A stretch of 37,336 bases of DNA from an uncultured bacterium (GTDB lineage: Bacteria; Bacillota; Clostridia; TANB77; CAG-508). Position 1 is the first letter of the stretch; the number at the start of each line of letters is the position of its first letter. The position numbers and the translations under genes were made by a program. Positions 35,832 to 37,336 of this stretch are shown piece after piece. The stretch covers positions 1 to 37,336 of the forward strand of contig CAJMQM010000002.1 in assembly GCA_905215615.1 (NCBI GenBank). Reading direction: 5' to 3'. Under the pieces are notes generated by a model, which was not told the origin of the DNA, ran no database searches, and saw only the letters and a list, made by a program, of their open reading frames with translations.

Positions 35832-37336
35832 ATGGTTAATTTAAAAATAGATGGAAAAAATGTTGTTGTGCCAGAAGAAACTACAATATTAGATGCAGCA
35901 AAACAAGCAGGAATAGATATTCCAACACTATGCTTTTTAAAAGATATAAATGAAGTTGGAGACTGTAGGATGTGCATTGTAGAAGTAGAAGGCAGAAGAG
36001 GATTTGCAACTTCATGTATACAAAAAGTAGAAGAGGGTATGGTTGTACATACGCATACTCCAAATGTTTTAGAGGCAAGACATACAATACTTGACTTAAT
36101 AATATCTAATCACTCTAAAGACTGCTTAACTTGTACACGTTCTGGTAACTGTGAATTACAAGATTTAGCAATTAAATTTAATGTACTAGATGTAGAATTT
36201 AAGGGAGAAAGAACAGAACATAAAATAGACGATAAATCTCCATCTATTGTTAGAGATTTTAATAAATGTATTTTATGTAGAAGATGTGTTGCAACTTGTA
36301 AAAATGTACAAAATATAGGTGCAATAGATTGCATAGAAAGGGGCTTTGATTCTTGCATTTCTACTACATATGATCATAGTTTAAATGATGTAAATTGTAC
36401 TTTTTGTGGGCAATGTATAGAGTCTTGCCCAACAGGTGCCCTTCATGAAAAAGAAAATATAAATGATGTATGGGCTAAATTAAAAGATCCAGATACATAT
36501 GTAGTAGTTCAAACTGCTCCATCTGTAAGAGTAGCGCTAGGAGAAGAGTTTGGCATGGACATAGGTACAAATGTTACAGGAAAAATGGTTTCTGCTCTAA
36601 AGCACTTAGGTTTTGACAAAGTATTTGATACAAATACAGGTGCAGATTTTACAATTATGGAAGAAGCTACCGAATTTGTAAAAAGGTTTAAAGAAAACGA
36701 TAACTTGCCAATGACAACATCTTGTTGCCCAGGTTGGGTAAAGTTTGCAGAGATGGAATATCCAGAAAACTTGCCACATTTATCAAGCTGTAAATCTCCA
36801 CACCAAATGTTTGGAGCAATAATAAAGTCTTATTATGCAGAAAAAAATAACATAGATCCTAAAAATATATATGTTGTATCTGTAATGCCATGTATAGCTA
36901 AAAAGTTTGAAAGACAAAGAGAAGAAATGAAGGTAAATGGATTATGGGATGTAGATAGTGTTATAACAACTCGTGAACTTGCAAGGATGATAAAACAGGC
37001 TAATATTGAATTTGACAAACTAGAAGATGAAACTTTTGATAATCCAATGGGAGAAGCAACAGGAGCTGCAGCAATATTTGGAGTTACAGGCGGAGTTATG
37101 GAAGCAGCATTGCGTACAGCATATGAACTTATTACAGGTAAAGAATTAGAAAAATTAGAATTTGAAGATGTTAGAGGTGCAAAAGGAATAAAAAAAGCAA
37201 CAATACAAATAGAAGATAAAGAAGTAAAAGTTGCAGTTGCACATGGACTAGGTAATGCTAGAAAGATTATGGAAGAAATAAAAAATGGAAATGCAGATTA
37301 TCAATTTGTAGAAGTTATGGCTTGCCCTGGAGGATG
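35832..37336 (+). CDS. hydA: [FeFe] hydrogenase catalytic subunit HydA; 3' end lies outside the window
   Basis: Open frame from the ATG at 35832 to the window end, which is why it is absent from the ORF track. N-terminal [2Fe-2S] and His-ligated cluster domains, two ferredoxin motifs, and H-cluster signatures TSCCPGW, MPCIAKK and EVMACPGG. Confidence 0.92.
   Translation, partial: MVNLKIDGKNVVVPEETTILDAAKQAGIDIPTLCFLKDINEVGDCRMCIVEVEGRRGFATSCIQKVEEGMVVHTHTPNVLEARHTILDLIISNHSKDCLTCTRSGNCELQDLAIKFNVLDVEFKGERTEHKIDDKSPSIVRDFNKCILCRRCVATCKNVQNIGAIDCIERGFDSCISTTYDHSLNDVNCTFCGQCIESCPTGALHEKENINDVWAKLKDPDTYVVVQTAPSVRVALGEEFGMDIGTNVTGKMVSALKHLGFDKVFDTNTGADFTIMEEATEFVKRFKENDNLPMTTSCCPGWVKFAEMEYPENLPHLSSCKSPHQMFGAIIKSYYAEKNNIDPKNIYVVSVMPCIAKKFERQREEMKVNGLWDVDSVITTRELARMIKQANIEFDKLEDETFDNPMGEATGAAAIFGVTGGVMEAALRTAYELITGKELEKLEFEDVRGAKGIKKATIQIEDKEVKVAVAHGLGNARKIMEEIKNGNADYQFVEVMACPGG

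Overview
This is an AT-rich chromosomal segment, roughly 28-30% GC by eye (not computed), from an endospore-forming Clostridia-type Firmicute. The taxon call rests on the sporulation genes bofA, pdaA and yqfC/yqfD, an agr quorum-sensing locus and a HydABC-type [FeFe] hydrogenase. All identifications come from motif recognition in the supplied translations; no database search was possible.

Gene order:
- pilB (5' partial), pilT, pilC: type IV pilus motor genes
- ROK kinase, RNase J, gltX
- On the minus strand: a small GC-rich orphan ORF, engB, a truncated GC-rich purA-like gene, serS
- DUF2508 (yaaL-like), bofA
- On the minus strand: a CDF transporter and glmS with its ribozyme
- A tightly coupled three-gene operon: PHP phosphoesterase, CYTH-like protein, PP2C-like phosphatase
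- uvrC, a small membrane ORF, a SAM methyltransferase, a frameshifted RluA-family pseudouridine synthase
- agrB and agrD, convergent with an AgrC-like kinase and a LytTR regulator
- pdaA, yqfC, yqfD, an unknown 407-aa protein, ybeY, a dgkA-PAP2 fusion, DUF3048
- hydC/nuoE-like, hydB/nuoF-like, hydA (3' partial)

No integrase, transposase, CRISPR array, tRNA or rRNA gene was seen. Most of the window is housekeeping.

The parts the ordinary gene map does not explain are:
1. Two small islets of about 43-47% GC that bracket engB. Each has a consensus sigma-A promoter and a foreign codon pattern. One encodes a 147-aa N-terminal fragment of adenylosuccinate synthetase enclosed by an 18/19-nt inverted repeat.
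2. The uncharacterised PHP / CYTH-like / PP2C-like operon.
3. An unknown 407-aa protein at the operon position where phoH/pgpH normally sit.
4. A repeated palindromic element inserted between hydB and hydA.

I cannot tie any of these to a described system, and the functional ideas attached to them are inference.
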